The position numbers were made by a program, and so were the translations under genes. The notes beneath the pieces are model-generated. The model had not been told where the DNA came from. It saw nothing but the letters and a program-made list of their open reading frames with translations, and searched no databases. A DNA stretch of 64,000 bases from the human T2T-CHM13v2.0 reference genome, Homo sapiens: the NCBI RefSeq assembly GCF_009914755.1, contig NC_060929.1, one strand, 5' to 3'. Positions 61,265-64,000 of the stretch are shown one piece after another (position 1 is the stretch's first letter; each line of letters opens with the position of its first letter).

Positions 61265-62250
61265 TATTATTATTATTATTGTATTTTAAGTTCAGGGGTA
61301 GATGTTCAGGTTTGTTACATAGGTAAACATGTGTCAAGGGGGTTTGTTATGCAGATTATTTCACCACCCAGGGATTAAGCCTAGTAACCATTAGTTATTT
61401 TTCTTGATGCCCTCCCTCCTCCCACCCACTACCCTCCTATAGGTCTCAGTGTGTGTTGTTCCCTTCTATGTGTCCATGTGTTCTCATCATTTAGCTCCCA
61501 CTTACAAGTAAGAACATGTGGTATTTGGTTTTCTGTTTCTGCATTAGTTTGCTAAGGATAATGGCTTCCAGCTCATTCTTTTTTATGGCTGCATAGTATT
61601 CCTTTGTGTATATGTACCTCGTTTTCTTTATCCAGTCTATCATTGATGGACATTTAGGTTAATTCCATGTTCTTGCTATTGTGAATAGTGCTGCAATGAA
61701 CATATGTGTGCATGTGTCTTTATAACAGAATGATGTATATTCATTTGGGTATATACCCAGTAATGGGATTGCTGGGTCAAATGGTATTTCTGTTTTTAGG
61801 TCTTTGAGGGATCACCACACTGTCTTACTCAATTGTTGAACTAATTAACACTCCCACCAATAGTGTATAAGCATTCCTTTTTTCCACAACCTCGCCAGCA
61901 TCTGTTATCTTTGACCTTTTAATAATAGCCATTCTGACTGGTGTGAGATTGTATCTTATTGTGGTTTTAATTTTTATTTCTCTAATGATCAGGGATATTG
62001 AGCTTTGTTTTCATATGATTGTTGGCTGCATGTATGTTTTCTTTTGAGAAGTGTCTGTTTATGTTTTTTGCCCACTTTCTAATGTTTTTTTTTCTTGTAA
62101 ATTTGTTTAAGTTCCTTATAGATGCTGGATATTAGACCTTTGTGAAATACACAGCTTGCAAAAATTGTCTCCCATTCTGTAGGTTGTCTGTTTATTCTGT
62201 TGATTGTTTCCTTTGCTATGCAGAAGCTCTTTAGTTTAATTAGATCCCAT
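61265..62250 (-). mobile_element. 5'-truncated L1PA13-like element
   Basis: Antisense 3' UTR and ORF2 end; TSD gac(g/a)aaatt(g/a)tt at 60938 and 62251. Confidence 0.9.
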
Positions 62251-62447
62251 GACAAAATTATTTTAAAATTATATTGATAGGCAAAGAAGCTAGTTAAAAT
62301 AATTTTGAAGGTAATGAAGAAAATGGGTGAAATCAGTACACCACATTTTAAGACTTATGTAGCTAAAGTAATCAATATTTTTATCAGAGGGATAGACATA
62401 TAGATCGATGAAACAGAATAGATAAAAAACAGAGACCCGTACAAATA

Positions 62448-63275
62448 CAGTCATTCGTTGGAAACAACATTTCTATCAACAACGGACTGCATATGTGACG
62501 ATGGTCCATAAGATTATAAAAGAGCCGGAAATTTCTATCACCTATTGACTTCTTGATGATCCTGACCCTTTGTAGGTCTAGGCTGATGTTTGTATTTGTG
62601 TCTTAGTTTTTTAACAAAAAAGTATAAAAAGGAAGAAAAAAAGTAATAATTTAAAATAAATAAAAAGATTATGGAATAAGGATATAAAGACAATATTATT
62701 ATACAGCTGGGCAATGTGTGTTTTATGCTAAGAGTTATTAAATAAGAGTAAAAAAGTTAAAAAAAATTAAAAGTTTATGAAGTAAGAAAGTTACAATAAG
62801 CTAAGGTTAATTTATTATTGAATAAAAGTATTTTAAGACAAATTTAGTGTAGCCTCAGTGTACAGTGTTTATAAAGTCTACTGTAGTGTACAATAATGTC
62901 CTAAACTTTCATATTCATTCACCACTCACTTACTAACTCACCCAGAGCACCTTCAGGTCCTACAAGCTCCATTAATGGTAAGTGCTCTATACAGGTGTAC
63001 CATTTTGTGTCTTTTATACCACATTCTTATTGTACCTTTTCCATGGTTAAATATATTTAGATACATAAATAATTATCATTGTGTTACAATTGCCAAGAGT
63101 ATTCAGTACAGTAACATGCTGTACAAGTTTGTAGCCTGGGGGCAATAAACTATACCACATAGCCCAGGATTTACTTGACTATACCATCTAGGTTTATGTA
63201 AGTTTGCACAACAACAAGATTGCCTAATGATGCATTTCTCAGAATGCATCCCTATCATTAAGCAATGCTTGTCTT
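62448..63275 (+). mobile_element. Tigger3 (Tigger3b/MER7-like) non-autonomous DNA transposon
   Basis: Start cagtcat...ggactgcatat...ataagattata; end gcatttctcagaatgcatccc...ttaagc; flanked by TA. Confidence 0.9.
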
Positions 63276-64000
63276 TATGCCCAACTGAGAGTTGACAAGA
63301 GTGCCATACCAATTCCATGGAGAAAGGATAGCCTTTTCAACAAATGGTGCTGAAGCCATTGGGCCTCCATAGTGGGGGAAACATCCTTGCCTTAATTCTC
63401 ACGCTTTATACAAAAATAAACTCAAAATGGAAAATTGATTACCTGTAAATAGTACAACTGTAAAACTTTAAGAAATAACACAGAAGAAAATCTTCAGGAT
63501 CTAGAGCTAGGTAATTCTTAGGTTTGAAACCAAAAGCATAATTCATAAAAGGGATAATTGATAAATTGGATTTTATCAAAATTAAAAGTGTTTCTTCTGT
63601 GAAAGATACTATTCAAAGGATGTGAAAACAAGCTGCAGATTGGGAGAACATATTTGCACACCATAAATCCAAGAAAGAATAGTATCTAGAATATATAAAG
63701 AACTCCCAAAAACTAACAGATAAAAAATCTAATTAGGACATGGGCAAATGACATAAAAAGACTGAAGAGAATCTACAAATGGAAAATCAGCACATAAAAA
63801 GATATTCCACATACTTAGCTATTAGGGATATGCAAATTGAAACCACAATGAGATTGTTATACACTTAGCCCGAATGACTAAAAGACTGTAACAACATTTT
63901 TACTTTTACTGGAAATGTCAAATGCTACAATCACTCTGGAAAAAAAGTTTGGCTGAGACAGAATGAAGCAAAAGGAATAACTGAAAAGAGAATGGTCATA

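Overview
Primate (human-like) AT-rich, repeat-dense genomic DNA, either intergenic or part of a large intron. I can recognise no intact host protein-coding gene. Nearly every long ORF in the track comes from LINE-1, Alu or LTR sequence. Main contents: a CpG-rich solo LTR12 (ERV9) promoter inserted into an Alu (3.3-5.1 kb); about 12 Alus plus two monomers; MaLR/ERVL LTRs (MLT1F, LTR40a, MLT1A, MLT1J, MLT2B); MIR and L2 relics; Tigger1 and Tigger3 DNA transposons; and a 14 kb nested LINE-1 graveyard at 50-64 kb, including a 5.3 kb L1PA7-like copy and a twin-primed L1PA4-like copy. The most interesting non-repeat signals are a 165-bp local duplication with a perfect fold-back palindrome at its junction (44.5-45.4 kb), a cluster of palindromes and TF motifs (1.7-1.9 kb), candidate exons at 13.8-14.6 kb, and a CpG-retaining segment open on both strands (23.7-24.1 kb). 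No new biological system is demonstrated. Repeat subfamily calls are from recalled consensus sequences, and boundaries of old repeats are approximate.
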